Assembly: GCA_965207885.1 (NCBI GenBank)
Contig: OZ242311.1
Location: forward strand, 1,056,001 to 1,120,000
Length of the DNA stretch: 64,000 nucleotides
DNA from: Candidatus Latescibacterota bacterium
GTDB taxonomy: Bacteria; Latescibacterota; UBA2968
Reading direction: 5' to 3'
The notes beneath the pieces were generated by a model. It did no database searches. It was not told the origin of the DNA and saw only the letters and a program-made list of their open reading frames with translations. A program made the translations under genes and the position numbers. Shown here in pieces: positions 1 through 10,011 of the stretch (position 1 is its first letter; each line of letters begins with the position of its first letter).

Positions 1-383
1 ATGACTGCGAGTACCGCTGGTTTGATGCCGTAGAGCAGGTCGGCGACTTCTGGGATGGCGCCATAAGTCATGTAAGCCCAGGCGAGTATTGTTGTCAATG
101 TAACGGCGGGAAATATAAAACACAGGCCAGCCAGCAATAGGCCGGGCCAACCGCCGCGCAAGAATCCCAGGTGTATCGCCATTTCAGTCGAGTTTGGTCC
201 GGGGATAATACTGGTTACGCCGACGAGATCTAAGAATCGCTCGCGCGATAGCCACGCGCGTTTTTCAACTACTTCGTCTTCCATCAGGGCGATGTGCGCT
301 GCGGGTCCACCAAAACCTATTACACCGAGTTTGAAGAATAATGCCGCTACTTCACGCAGTCGTCCGGGTTTTTCGTTTGACAT
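1..383 (-). CDS. chrA: Chromate efflux transporter (CHR family), runs off the left edge
   Basis: Manual translation from ATG at 383: MSNEKPGRLREVAALFFKLGVIGFGGPAAHIALMEDEVVEKRAWLSRERFLDLVGVTSIIPGPNSTEMAIHLG, containing the CHR signature motifs GFGGP and PGPNS. Not in the ORF track because it is truncated. Confidence 0.9.
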   Translation of the reverse strand, partial: MSNEKPGRLREVAALFFKLGVIGFGGPAAHIALMEDEVVEKRAWLSRERFLDLVGVTSIIPGPNSTEMAIHLGFLRGGWPGLLLAGLCFIFPAVTLTTILAWAYMTYGAIPEVADLLYGIKPAVLAV

Positions 384-396
384 ATAAAATCCTTAA

Positions 397-464
397 GGGG
401 CTGGGGGTTGGAGACTGGGGGCTGGTTGGCGTTTTCTCACTTCACACTTCCTACTTCACACTTC
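397..464. repeat. Two blocks of 4x degenerate heptamer tandem repeats
   Basis: ggggctg/ggggttg/gagactg/ggggctg at 397-424 and tcacttc/acacttc/ctacttc/acacttc at 437-464. Confidence 0.75.
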
Positions 465-1825
465 TGTACTTCATCTACAACTTCAGCGAGTACTTGTAAG
501 CCGTCTTCGAGCGCGTCTTGTTCAATGGTCAATGGCGGAGAGATTTTTACGGTTTGTCCCCACGCGCCCACAGGAGCAAAGAATAGCAATCCTTTGTGAA
601 AACATCGCAGTACAATTTCGTGCGCCAGGTCCGGGTCGGGTTCTTTTTGTCCGGCTTTTACCATTTGTACACCGCCTACGAGTCCTTTGCAGGTTACGTG
701 CCCGACCACGTCGGGATGTGCAGTTTGGATTTTTTTGATTCCTTCCATCAATACTGGTTCGAGGCGCGCTGCATTGCCGGTTAAGTCGTCATTTACGATT
801 TTTTTCAGGCTGGCGAGTGCCGCTGCACAACAGACGGGGTTGCCCGTGTGGGTGCTTGTCATTGATCCGGGGGGGTATAAGTCCATGACTTCGGATTTGC
901 CGATTACGCCCGATAGAGGAAGTGAACTGCTTACGCCTTTGCCAAAGCAGATGAGGTCGGGTATTACGCCATAGTGCTCAAATCCCCACATTTTGCCGGT
1001 GCGACCAAATCCCGCCTGTATTTCGTCAAAGATTAAGAGAGCATTGTGTGCTTTGCACCATTCAGATAGTGCCTGTACGTACGCTACGGGCGCGAAATCA
1101 GGTCCCACGCCCTGATATGTTTCGAGCATGACACCGCATACATCGTCTGCATTTAGTCCTTTGTCTTTGAGTGTAGAGCAGAAGAAGTCGAAGTCCACGT
1201 TTTCTGTCCAATACCCGTCGGGAAAGGGGACCTGTACGATGGCGGGGTCTTCGTTGCCGATCCAGTCTTTTTGTCCGGGCATGCCGCCGACTTGCTGGGC
1301 ACCCATTGTACGTCCGTGAAATCCGCGTTCAAATCCCACAAAGCCGATTTTCTTTTTTCCTCCGATTGTAATGCCGTATGTTCGCGCCAGTTTTAAGGCG
1401 TTTTCCGTGCTTTCAGATCCGGTTGTTAGTAGAAATGCTTTGTCTAACCCTTCTGGTGCCAGATCCGCCAGAAATTCGACGAGTTGCGCCCGTTCTTCGC
1501 TCGGGAATACGTAGTTGTGCAGTAGCCCGGTGCCTACCTGATCTACGATTGCACGCCGCACTTCGGGCATGCCGTGTCCGGCATTGGTGACGAGTACGCC
1601 GGAGCTCCAGTCGAGCCACATGTTGCCGTATTTGTCATAGACCTGACAATCTTCTGCGCGGTCCCATACAATGGGCGGTTGTCCGCGCATGGAGATGGGT
1701 TCTACCCGGTGCAGGGTTTCCAAAGTTGCTACCGAGTCTGGGTGGGGCACAGGGGTCACGATGCGGCGATATTTTGTATCGACTTTTGGTACGTTAACAG
1801 GGGTGATGTCGAATTCTTTTCCCAT
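437..1825 (-). CDS. Class III PLP aminotransferase (GABA/ornithine aminotransferase-like)
   Basis: TTGSESTENA, FHGRT, LIFDEIQAGFGRTG, FGKG (PLP lysine) and STHTGNP motifs. Confidence 0.9.
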   Translation of the reverse strand: MGKEFDITPVNVPKVDTKYRRIVTPVPHPDSVATLETLHRVEPISMRGQPPIVWDRAEDCQVYDKYGNMWLDWSSGVLVTNAGHGMPEVRRAIVDQVGTGLLHNYVFPSEERAQLVEFLADLAPEGLDKAFLLTTGSESTENALKLARTYGITIGGKKKIGFVGFERGFHGRTMGAQQVGGMPGQKDWIGNEDPAIVQVPFPDGYWTENVDFDFFCSTLKDKGLNADDVCGVMLETYQGVGPDFAPVAYVQALSEWCKAHNALLIFDEIQAGFGRTGKMWGFEHYGVIPDLICFGKGVSSSLPLSGVIGKSEVMDLYPPGSMTSTHTGNPVCCAAALASLKKIVNDDLTGNAARLEPVLMEGIKKIQTAHPDVVGHVTCKGLVGGVQMVKAGQKEPDPDLAHEIVLRCFHKGLLFFAPVGAWGQTVKISPPLTIEQDALEDGLQVLAEVVDEVQKCEVGSVK

Positions 1826-3108
1826 TACACTGGCCTATCGTATATTTTTTCAAATACTGCGTCGGGTCCGTCAGATGCGCGGTTGGGATCGACGATGGTG
1901 ATGCCGTCTGCGCCGAATTGCGCTGTGACTGTGGCGCCTTTGCCTTCGCGCATGTATTCAAAATTGCGGTCGCGGACAATGCGCGCAGCATCTACGATCG
2001 CCGTGGTGATCCGCCCGTCTTCAGCCGTGGGATAGATTTCTTTTACGTCTGATAGGGTTTCACCCAGGAATTCGACGCGACATATTGCGACGAGTGCCAC
2101 GATGATGCTGTCTGTGCCATATCCCACATAGACTTCTGAGCCGTCGGGGCGTTTGACGTTGCGGGTAAAGTGGTTGTTTGAACTCTGGCTGCCGCCGTCT
2201 GCGTACCAGAATCGAAATCCGCGATATTGCTGGTCGGATTCCACTTTGCCGTCGGTGCCGACTATTTCGTGTCCCTGATTGACAGGTCCTTCAAAATCGT
2301 CGGGGGTGATCCAGTTGTTGTGGAAGTAAATGCTCATGCCATTGTCGAAATCTACGCGTACCTGGACGGCGTCATAAGCGTCAATTCCGTCGCGTATGAG
2401 GCGTTTTTTTTGCCCTACGGCTGTGAGGGATACGGGTTTGCTGCGGTAGTAGTTGTAAAATAGATCGACCCAATGGGGTCCCACATAGGAGAAGGGGTCG
2501 CTTTCTTCTGCCCACTTAAATGTGGTGGTGGATACTTCGAGGGGTTCTTCCAGCATGGCGAGCCCGTAAATGGGGTCGCCGATGCGATTGGCGATGTCGT
2601 GTTCGATGCGCATGTGATCCGGGTCGTAGCGTTTGTGCATATCTACCGCGCATACCAGTCCTTTTTTATTGGCGAGTTCGATCATTTCATCGGCTTCGTG
2701 GACCGATAAACACATCGGTTTTTCGGTGATGACATGGGTGCCGTTGTTCAGTGCTGCGAGTACCACAGGTGTATGCAGGTTGTCGGGTGTGGCAACGGCC
2801 ATTACGTCGAGGTCCGGAAAGTCGCTCAATACATCTTCCCAGGGGGTTTCGCCCCAATAGGGTGCGGGCGCGTGTCCGGTCCATTGCTCAAAGTTGGCTT
2901 TTGCGCGTTGTGCGGATGCTTCGCTGCGCGTGGCTACTGCAACGAGATCAAATTCGATGTCTGCAAGGTCGCGCGCCCAGGCGTCGAGTCCCACTCGTCC
3001 CATCAGGCCGCTGATGCCGTTGCGCTGCAGATCCGCAAATGCCCGGGCGTGAACATCGCCGCCAAACATCCCGGCACCAATCAATGCTATTGTTACTTTT
3101 TTTGCCAT
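1825..3108 (-). CDS. Gfo/Idh/MocA family NAD(P) oxidoreductase
   Basis: IALIGAGMFG Rossmann motif, ATPDNLH, EKPM. Start at ATG 3108 follows GGAG. Stop overlaps the start of the aminotransferase. Confidence 0.88.
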   Translation of the reverse strand: MAKKVTIALIGAGMFGGDVHARAFADLQRNGISGLMGRVGLDAWARDLADIEFDLVAVATRSEASAQRAKANFEQWTGHAPAPYWGETPWEDVLSDFPDLDVMAVATPDNLHTPVVLAALNNGTHVITEKPMCLSVHEADEMIELANKKGLVCAVDMHKRYDPDHMRIEHDIANRIGDPIYGLAMLEEPLEVSTTTFKWAEESDPFSYVGPHWVDLFYNYYRSKPVSLTAVGQKKRLIRDGIDAYDAVQVRVDFDNGMSIYFHNNWITPDDFEGPVNQGHEIVGTDGKVESDQQYRGFRFWYADGGSQSSNNHFTRNVKRPDGSEVYVGYGTDSIIVALVAICRVEFLGETLSDVKEIYPTAEDGRITTAIVDAARIVRDRNFEYMREGKGATVTAQFGADGITIVDPNRASDGPDAVFEKIYDRPV

Positions 3109-3362
3109 TAAATACTCCATTCTGGATCAGGTGTACACCATTCTACAGGATTTACGGGTCGCTAATTTACAAAGAGATTGAGAAAATTCAATAGAAAGAT
3201 GTACAACGGCAATAGCAGTTTACAAAAATGCAAGGTTGTGATACGGGTTTGAGATTTGTGTAATATTGAGTATCTTTAAGAATTATCAAGAAGAGCATTC
3301 TGGTTAAAATTTATTGAATGATACCCTCACCTCTGATCATAATGAAACCAAAGGAATAAAAA

Positions 3363-3614
3363 ATGCAGATGATTCAGATTGAAGTGCCAGAAGAGATCTT
3401 TCTGTCCTTAAAAGAGACACCTGAAGAATTTACCCAGGAGGTCCGCATGGCCGCCGCGGCCAAGCTCTATGAAATGGGTAAGATGTCTTCCGGGCATGCG
3501 GCTGAATTCGCTGGCATGTCGCGCATCCAGTTTCTTCAAAATATGGGTCACTACAGCGTGTCTGTATTTGATATGACAGATGAAGAATTAGAACAGGATC
3601 TCCAAAATGCCTGA
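3363..3614 (+). CDS. UPF0175 family HTH antitoxin-like protein
   Basis: 83 aa with AAKLYEMGKMSSGHAAEFAGMSRIQFL pattern and acidic C-terminus; overlaps the next gene. Confidence 0.85.
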   Translation: MQMIQIEVPEEIFLSLKETPEEFTQEVRMAAAAKLYEMGKMSSGHAAEFAGMSRIQFLQNMGHYSVSVFDMTDEELEQDLQNA

Positions 3615-4092
3615 GGTCGTGATCAGCAATACATCGCCGATCTTTTACCTCCATCGACTTCGTCTTCTCGATCTGCTTCAAGAACTCTATCAGAAGATTA
3701 TTGTTCCAAAAGCAGTTGTAGTAGAATTGGAGATAGGACGCAGACAAGGCGAAGATGTGCCAGAGATAGACAATTATGAATGGATTGAAACCCGAGCCAT
3801 TCAGGCACCTCAAATTTTGGGATTGAGTACAGACTTTGGCTCAGGTGAAGCGGAGGTGTTGGCTTTAGCATTAGAAGAATCGGATAGTCTGGTTATTATT
3901 GATGAAAAACTCGCAAGAAAAATAGCTCGTCTGCGAGGTTTACGAGTAACAGGTACAGCAGGTGTATTACTCAAAGCCAAACAAGAGGGTTATATCTCGG
4001 CGGTAAAACCTTTACTTGATCAGTTGCAAGAGATACATTTTCATCTCAGCGATAATGTGAGGACTCTAATTTTGAGTAAAGCTGGAGAATAA
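3607..4092 (+). CDS. DUF3368 PIN-domain protein (VapC-like toxin)
   Basis: VISNTSPI, GEAEVLALA, IIDEKLAR and GTAGVLLKAKQEG motifs. Confidence 0.88.
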   Translation: MPEVVISNTSPIFYLHRLRLLDLLQELYQKIIVPKAVVVELEIGRRQGEDVPEIDNYEWIETRAIQAPQILGLSTDFGSGEAEVLALALEESDSLVIIDEKLARKIARLRGLRVTGTAGVLLKAKQEGYISAVKPLLDQLQEIHFHLSDNVRTLILSKAGE

Positions 4093-4127
4093 CGAGTTCT
4101 AAAGAGTGCTGACATATTGTTTTTTTG

Positions 4128-4161
4128 GAGGCTACGAGATTAATAGTAGCCTTTTTGTTTT
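4128..4161 (+). terminator. Probable intrinsic terminator between convergent genes
   Basis: aggctac-N10-gtagcct stem followed by tttttgttttt. Confidence 0.55.
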
Positions 4162-4941
4162 TTAGACATGTGCGCGCAAGAACGATAGGTCGGCTTTCGC
4201 CGCTGCCCAGAGGTCGTCCATGTTTTCGCCGGGTTCGCGCGTTCCTTTGGAAAATTCGACGGTGATGGAGCCAGAGAATTTGTATTCGGCCATCAGGTCC
4301 AGTGCCGTTTGAGCGCGTTCGGGATGGTCGTGGAGCAATTGGACATTGGTGTTTTCATCGCGCAATTGCGTGTGTGCGTGTGTGACTTTGGGACCAAAGA
4401 GGTCGAACCATCGCTTCAGGATATCCATTTCGGGGATGAAGCAGTGTACGATGATTTCCCAGCCTTCGATGCCCAGGTCATCGAAGAATGCCCTGGCGTC
4501 ATCGGGGTGTTCAACGATTGTGCCCGGGTGACATTCGCAGAGCAGTGTACAGGTTTGTGGGACTTGTTCGCGCCAGGCGCGCAGGTTGTTCAAATAGGTT
4601 TCGCGCAGGGCAGGATCTTTGCCCACGTTGAATTTTACGCCGGTTGAGCCGAATAGGCCGATCATTTCTGCTGCGTTTTGTCGCGCATCGGAAGAGTTGT
4701 CGTCAAAGTCGCAATACGTGTTGTAGATGGTTGCGGGGAAATTAGAGGATAGCAATTTTTCGCGTTCGGCGTCTGAACACAGTGTGGCGTGATATTCCCA
4801 GAGTTCCATTCCGTCAAATCCGGCTTTCAGAAAGCGGTCAGTCCAATCGCTTACTTCGTAGGTCGGTGTTTTGGGATCGCCCCAGCGGTTGAGGTCCAGG
4901 AGTATGGAGCCGATCAAGATTTGTCCATTGCGATTTGACAT
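4162..4941 (-). CDS. Sugar-phosphate isomerase/epimerase (xylose isomerase-like TIM barrel)
   Basis: GFDGMELW, LCECHPGT, HAHTQ and SITVEF, the AP_endonuc_2-type metal-ligand pattern. Confidence 0.75.
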   Translation of the reverse strand: MSNRNGQILIGSILLDLNRWGDPKTPTYEVSDWTDRFLKAGFDGMELWEYHATLCSDAEREKLLSSNFPATIYNTYCDFDDNSSDARQNAAEMIGLFGSTGVKFNVGKDPALRETYLNNLRAWREQVPQTCTLLCECHPGTIVEHPDDARAFFDDLGIEGWEIIVHCFIPEMDILKRWFDLFGPKVTHAHTQLRDENTNVQLLHDHPERAQTALDLMAEYKFSGSITVEFSKGTREPGENMDDLWAAAKADLSFLRAHV

Positions 4942-4960
4942 GTTCTATCTCCATTAGAAT

Positions 4961-5050
4961 AAAAAGCGCGAATCAACGAATCAACGAATCGAAGTTCGTA
5001 GTGATTTTGAGTGGTTGAGCGGGGTTCGTCTATTCGTCTATTCGTTGATT
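4961..5050. repeat. Intergenic element with inverted 8-mer tandem arms, copy 1
   Basis: aaaaagcgcgaat-caacgaat-caacgaat ... tgattttgagtggttgagcggggttcg-tctattcg-tctattcg-ttgatt; homologous to 27678-27777. Confidence 0.8.
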
Positions 5051-5061
5051 TCCCTGCCTAT

Positions 5062-5928
5062 TTACGGACTCCAATTTCTCATCAACCGACGCCAGACTTT
5101 TATAATCTCGTTCTTTTCCCGGATGGCATCCTGCCAGATGTCGGGGAAACAGGCGAGCGCATATCCAGAGCCCTGTGGTCCCAGTTCGGGTACGATATGG
5201 AGTATTTTGCCCGGTTTTGCGCCCTGTAACCACGCTTCGAGGGCGGGTTCCAGGTAATTTGTCAGCCAGATTTTGAAATCGCGATCCAATCGCCCTTTGC
5301 CATTTGTTACCGGGGTCTGACAATGGCTGCCCGTAAAGGGACGAAAGTGGATGAGTTCGTGCATTTGCAAGAGGTCGGTGCGTTCCGATAGCCGCTCCCA
5401 GTATTCGTGCGGGCGGAGTTGTTTGATGATTGCCGGGTGCGAGTGGTCGAAGTTCATTCGCAGTTTCTTTTTGTATTTTTTTCGGTACGCATCGGCCAGT
5501 GCAAAGGCTTTTTCCGGTGTTTCTGTACAGGTGTCGCGATGGATCTCGATTGCGGGTGTGACTTTGTGCTTTTTTCCGGCTTTTACGACTGCTCGCGCGA
5601 CTTTTACCGCAGCTTTTGTTTTCGTGTCGTGGTCGCACAATTGGACGTTGATGTGAATCACGCCTATGTCGGCAAATGCTTTCATTTTTGCGTCGGCTTC
5701 TTTTTTGCTGCCTACATCTACCCCACCTACCATTTCCAATCCCTGTTTGTGCAATTCTGCGGCTAACTCGGCGTCGGCTCCAGACGACATGCCGTGAAAT
5801 CCCGCTTCTTTCACTTTTCGCACTTTGGTCTGAATAGTCCAGGGGTTTCTTGCAGATGGGTAATCTCTCAATGACCAGTCTGCTGCCATGATTTTAATTT
5901 TTGGTTTTTGAACTGGTTTTTTCGCCAT
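5062..5928 (-). CDS. Xylose isomerase-like TIM-barrel protein
   Basis: EIHRDTCTE, FDHSH and VPELGP motifs. Start at ATG 5928 follows GGAGG. Confidence 0.75.
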   Translation of the reverse strand: MAKKPVQKPKIKIMAADWSLRDYPSARNPWTIQTKVRKVKEAGFHGMSSGADAELAAELHKQGLEMVGGVDVGSKKEADAKMKAFADIGVIHINVQLCDHDTKTKAAVKVARAVVKAGKKHKVTPAIEIHRDTCTETPEKAFALADAYRKKYKKKLRMNFDHSHPAIIKQLRPHEYWERLSERTDLLQMHELIHFRPFTGSHCQTPVTNGKGRLDRDFKIWLTNYLEPALEAWLQGAKPGKILHIVPELGPQGSGYALACFPDIWQDAIREKNEIIKVWRRLMRNWSP

Positions 5929-5966
5929 ATAACACCTCCGCGACAATGAATACAAATTCTGGTTTT

Positions 5967-7424
5967 TTACATGGGTCCAATGCGTTCTGGTCCTCTGTCC
6001 ATTGCGAGCATTGACGCATCAAAGCTGCGTTGCATTAAGTCGAGTTTTACATCTGCATGATCGGGATTGTCCCACAGATTGTCAAATTCGTCTGGATCCT
6101 CCTGTAAGTCGTAGAGTTCGCCCAGGCCATGCCCGTGATAGACCACGAGTTTGTACCGACGGTTGCGATACATTGTGGCAAATGTTCCGTCGGCTTGATC
6201 GAGTGCATCGTAATATTCACAGCGCACGAAATCGCGGTGTTCGTCGGGGGGTTGATCACCGCTGAGCATGGGTGATAGAGAATGCGGTTGCATTCGTTCG
6301 GGCACTTCTATGCCAGCGAGTTCCAGCAAGAGGGGAGCTATGTCGCGCAATTCGACGAGTGCATCGCTTTTTTGTTCCGATTTTACGTGGCCCGGCCATG
6401 AGAAAATGAGCGGTACGCGCACCAGTCCTTCGTAAAAACGGCATCCCTTTTGAATCAGGCCGTGGTCTCCGAGAGTTTCGCCGTGGTCGCTGGTGAAGAT
6501 AATCAATGTGTTGTCGCGCTGTCCAGTTTCTTCCAGTGCGGTTATTATGCGTCCGAGTTGATCGTCGATTAGTTTGATCATGGCGTAATAGGCGGCAATG
6601 AGTGTTTTTGCATCGCGTTTTCCGGCTGATTCAGATTCGTGCAATCCGCGCGTCGGTGTTCTGGGGATTACAGGGCTTCTGATATCCAGTTCATCGGGAT
6701 GCCGCCCTTTGGACTGGAAGTCGATGGCTTCCAATTTTTCCTGTTGCGCGAGATCGCTTTCTCGAAATAGGGGGCCGTTTACCTGTTCGGGATCGAACAT
6801 TTCGCGGTACGTTTTTGGAGGATTAAATGGCGGATGTGGGTCGTAGATGTTCACAGAGGCCAACCAGGGGCCATCGCGCTGTTCGCTCAAAAATTCGATG
6901 GTTTTTTCCGCACACCACGTGGTCTGGTGCAGTTCTGCGGGTACGCCATCGGGACTTTTGATGAGTTCGCCCAGGATTTCGCCTTTTGATCGCACCCAGT
7001 CGGCATAATCGTGTCCGGTTTCCCAGTCGTCCCGGGGCGCGTGGCTGTATTGCCAGTAGCGGTATCCGTCATCTGTTCTTTTTTCAATGCGCCCATGCGC
7101 GCTCGATAAGTGCAATTTGCCGATTAGTCCGCAGTCGTATCCGTTGTCTGCGAGTATTTTGGTGACCAAGGGGGGCGCGTCTGGGAAATGCGAGTTGCCA
7201 TTGCCGTTTACGTGTACGGCGCTGGCGTATTGTCCGGTCAAAAAACTCGTCCGACTGGGTGTGCAAATCGGACTCTGGCAATAGGCATGGGTAAATGCAA
7301 ATCCTTCAGCGATCAGGCGGTCGATATTGGGGGTATCCACATGGGGATTGCCCAATGCACCAATGGTGTCATATCGCTGCTGGTCTGTACAGATCCACAA
7401 GATGTTTGGTTTTGTTCCTTTCAT
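5967..7424 (-). CDS. Sulfatase (Cys-type, no signal peptide)
   Basis: PNILWICTDQ, CTPSR (formylglycine motif), GKLHL, DPHPPF, TSDHG. Confidence 0.92.
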   Translation of the reverse strand: MKGTKPNILWICTDQQRYDTIGALGNPHVDTPNIDRLIAEGFAFTHAYCQSPICTPSRTSFLTGQYASAVHVNGNGNSHFPDAPPLVTKILADNGYDCGLIGKLHLSSAHGRIEKRTDDGYRYWQYSHAPRDDWETGHDYADWVRSKGEILGELIKSPDGVPAELHQTTWCAEKTIEFLSEQRDGPWLASVNIYDPHPPFNPPKTYREMFDPEQVNGPLFRESDLAQQEKLEAIDFQSKGRHPDELDIRSPVIPRTPTRGLHESESAGKRDAKTLIAAYYAMIKLIDDQLGRIITALEETGQRDNTLIIFTSDHGETLGDHGLIQKGCRFYEGLVRVPLIFSWPGHVKSEQKSDALVELRDIAPLLLELAGIEVPERMQPHSLSPMLSGDQPPDEHRDFVRCEYYDALDQADGTFATMYRNRRYKLVVYHGHGLGELYDLQEDPDEFDNLWDNPDHADVKLDLMQRSFDASMLAMDRGPERIGPM

Positions 7425-8272
7425 ATATGCTCCTTTTTGCAATCTACTAATTTTACGCCTTTTTTCATCCATTCGCGCAGGCGCGTTATGTCATTCACGG
7501 CTCGCAATGCGATGTTGCGCGATGCCTGATGGAGGTCTAATTTGCGGATTATGATTTCGTCGGTGAATATGCCAGCTTCGGTTATGACGTTGCCATTTGG
7601 GTGGATGATTTTTGATTCGCCGTGGGAAGATCCCGCACGGTTGATGTCCATAGGGTCGGCAGGGGCGTTTGCCATGACGACGTAGATGTCATTTTCGGTT
7701 GCGCGGCTGATGGGCATGGCGCGATAGGCCGACAATTTGTGCTCTGAGGTGACAGAGCTTTCACAACTTGAGAAGAAGCAGATTTTTGCACCGGCTGCGG
7801 CGGGCAATCTCACGAGTTCGGGATATCGAATGTCGTGACAGATTAAAAAACAACAGGGTATGCCGCACAAGTGATAAATGGGCAGGTGTTGCGCGGGTTC
7901 ACACCATTTTTCACCCGCCAGATGTATTTTGCCATAGCGTCCCTTTATGGTGCCATCGCGATCTATGACGAGCAGGCTGTTGTAGCGTTGTCCGTTTTCG
8001 AGATGTGTTGAGCCTACGATTGCGGCAATGCCTTTTTCACGGCATACCTTTATAATTTGTTGTTCGGCTCTTTCAATGCGCGTTTGATCCAGGCTTGACC
8101 AGAAGTCGGGGCAGTTGGTATAGCCGTATAAAATCCCTTCGTGAAATGCGGCTATTTCCACTTTTTCACGCGCACAGGTGTTTAGACGGTCGATAATCTC
8201 ACATGTGTTTTTTTCGATGTTCTCATCGGCATGCATTTGACATGCGGCAACGCGCAACCATTTTTTGGACAT
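7421..8272 (-). CDS. Carbon-nitrogen hydrolase (nitrilase superfamily)
   Basis: E-K-C triad in FHEG, YGKIHL and ICHDIRYPE. Confidence 0.88.
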   Translation of the reverse strand: MSKKWLRVAACQMHADENIEKNTCEIIDRLNTCAREKVEIAAFHEGILYGYTNCPDFWSSLDQTRIERAEQQIIKVCREKGIAAIVGSTHLENGQRYNSLLVIDRDGTIKGRYGKIHLAGEKWCEPAQHLPIYHLCGIPCCFLICHDIRYPELVRLPAAAGAKICFFSSCESSVTSEHKLSAYRAMPISRATENDIYVVMANAPADPMDINRAGSSHGESKIIHPNGNVITEAGIFTDEIIIRKLDLHQASRNIALRAVNDITRLREWMKKGVKLVDCKKEHI

Positions 8273-8425
8273 GTTTTCCTCCGATCGATGGTCAGGCGCG
8301 AAATATAATGACTATTTTTTAAAAATGAAGGAATTTTTGGTTGTGGAGTAATATTTGGTTTGGCGTGTTTTGTGTGATATATTTTAGTGTTGGGATTGAC
8401 AACTAATAACCGAAAGGATTCGTTT

Positions 8426-10006
8426 ATGACTGGAATAAATCTGGAACGCTACAATATTACCAGGCCGCTTATTTTGCGCAATGCTTCGCCTGCGGTGCTT
8501 TACGAGGAGGCGCTGACCCACGAGACTGGATCGACTATTACGAGTACTGGGGCACTTATTGTGCGTTCGGGAGAAAAGACCGGGCGCAGTCCAGAGGATA
8601 AACGCATTGTGAATCATCCCGATAGTGTGGACGATATCTGGTGGGGTGAGGTCAATATTAAACTCGATGAGCACACGTTTCTGATTAATAGAGAGCGGGC
8701 TATCGATTATCTCAATGTTTGCGATCGCATTTATGTGGTTGATGGGTACGCGGGCTGGGATCCCAAGTATCGCATTAAGGTGCGGGTTGTTTGCGCCCGC
8801 GCGTACCACGCTCTGTTTATGCACAATATGCTTATGCGTCCCTCGCGTACAGAGCTTGAAAATTTTGGCGAGCCGGACTATGTCATTTTTAATGCTGGCA
8901 GATTTCCCGCGAACCGATATACAGCCGAGATGACTTCGACTACGAGTGTGGATGTGAGTTTTGAGTTGCGGGAAATGGTTATTTTGGGGACGGAATATGC
9001 GGGAGAGATGAAGAAAGGTGTTTTTACGGTTCTGAACTATATTTTGCCCAAGCAGGATATTTTGTCGATGCACTGTTCGGCTAATGTGGGTGCAGCGGGT
9101 GATACGGCGCTCTTTTTTGGTCTGTCTGGTACGGGAAAGACCACGCTTTCAGCCGAGCCTCAGCGTCGTTTGATCGGCGATGATGAACACGGGTGGAGTG
9201 ATCGCGGCATTTTCAATTTTGAGGGTGGTTGTTACGCCAAGTGCATTGGCCTTTCGCAAGCGCGCGAGCCAGAGATTTACAATGCGATCCGTTTTGGGAC
9301 GGTGCTCGAAAATGTCGTTTTTGACGAGCATACGCGCGTGATTAGTTACGACGATGATTCTATTACGGAAAATACGCGCGCGGCATATCCCATCGAGTAT
9401 ATTCCCAATGCACAAATCCCCTGTGTGGGTGGACATCCCAAAAATGTGATTTTTTTGACTTGCGATGCGTTTGGTGTTTTGCCTCCGGTGAGCAAGCTCA
9501 CGCCTGCACAGGCGATGTACCATTTTATCAGTGGTTATACGGCTAAGGTCGCGGGTACAGAGATGGGTGTTACCGAACCACAGGCTTCTTTTTCGGCCTG
9601 TTTTGGCGCGCCTTTTCTCGTGTGGCATCCGGGGAAATATGCCGAGCAACTGGCAGAAAAAATCCAGCAACACAATTCGGATGTGTGGCTGGTCAATACG
9701 GGCTGGTCGGGCGGTGGTTACGGGGTTGGCAAGCGCATTACACTGACCAATACCCGATCAATTATTCGAGCGATACACAATGGTGCTTTGACAGGTGTGG
9801 CGTGCGAGAAAGATCCGCGCTTTGGTTTCGAGGTTCCAAAGACCTGTCCAGATGTTACAGGTAGTATTTTGTCGCCGCGTGCGACGTGGTCTAATCCGTC
9901 TGAATACGATGCGAGGGCTACGAATCTGGCGCGGTTGTTTAAGGAGAATTTCAAGCAGTTTGAAGATGGGGTCAGCGATGAGATTCTGAAGGCGGGTCCT
10001 GTTTGA
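8426..10006 (+). CDS. pckA: Phosphoenolpyruvate carboxykinase (ATP)
   Basis: [32 protein letters not shown] and TENTRAAYP motifs. Confidence 0.97.
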   Translation: MTGINLERYNITRPLILRNASPAVLYEEALTHETGSTITSTGALIVRSGEKTGRSPEDKRIVNHPDSVDDIWWGEVNIKLDEHTFLINRERAIDYLNVCDRIYVVDGYAGWDPKYRIKVRVVCARAYHALFMHNMLMRPSRTELENFGEPDYVIFNAGRFPANRYTAEMTSTTSVDVSFELREMVILGTEYAGEMKKGVFTVLNYILPKQDILSMHCSANVGAAGDTALFFGLSGTGKTTLSAEPQRRLIGDDEHGWSDRGIFNFEGGCYAKCIGLSQAREPEIYNAIRFGTVLENVVFDEHTRVISYDDDSITENTRAAYPIEYIPNAQIPCVGGHPKNVIFLTCDAFGVLPPVSKLTPAQAMYHFISGYTAKVAGTEMGVTEPQASFSACFGAPFLVWHPGKYAEQLAEKIQQHNSDVWLVNTGWSGGGYGVGKRITLTNTRSIIRAIHNGALTGVACEKDPRFGFEVPKTCPDVTGSILSPRATWSNPSEYDARATNLARLFKENFKQFEDGVSDEILKAGPV

Positions 10007-10011
10007 GGAGA

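Noticed and set aside
4961-5050. Possible mini-CRISPR array
   Set aside because: Units are 8 bp and contiguous, with no spacers and no cas genes.
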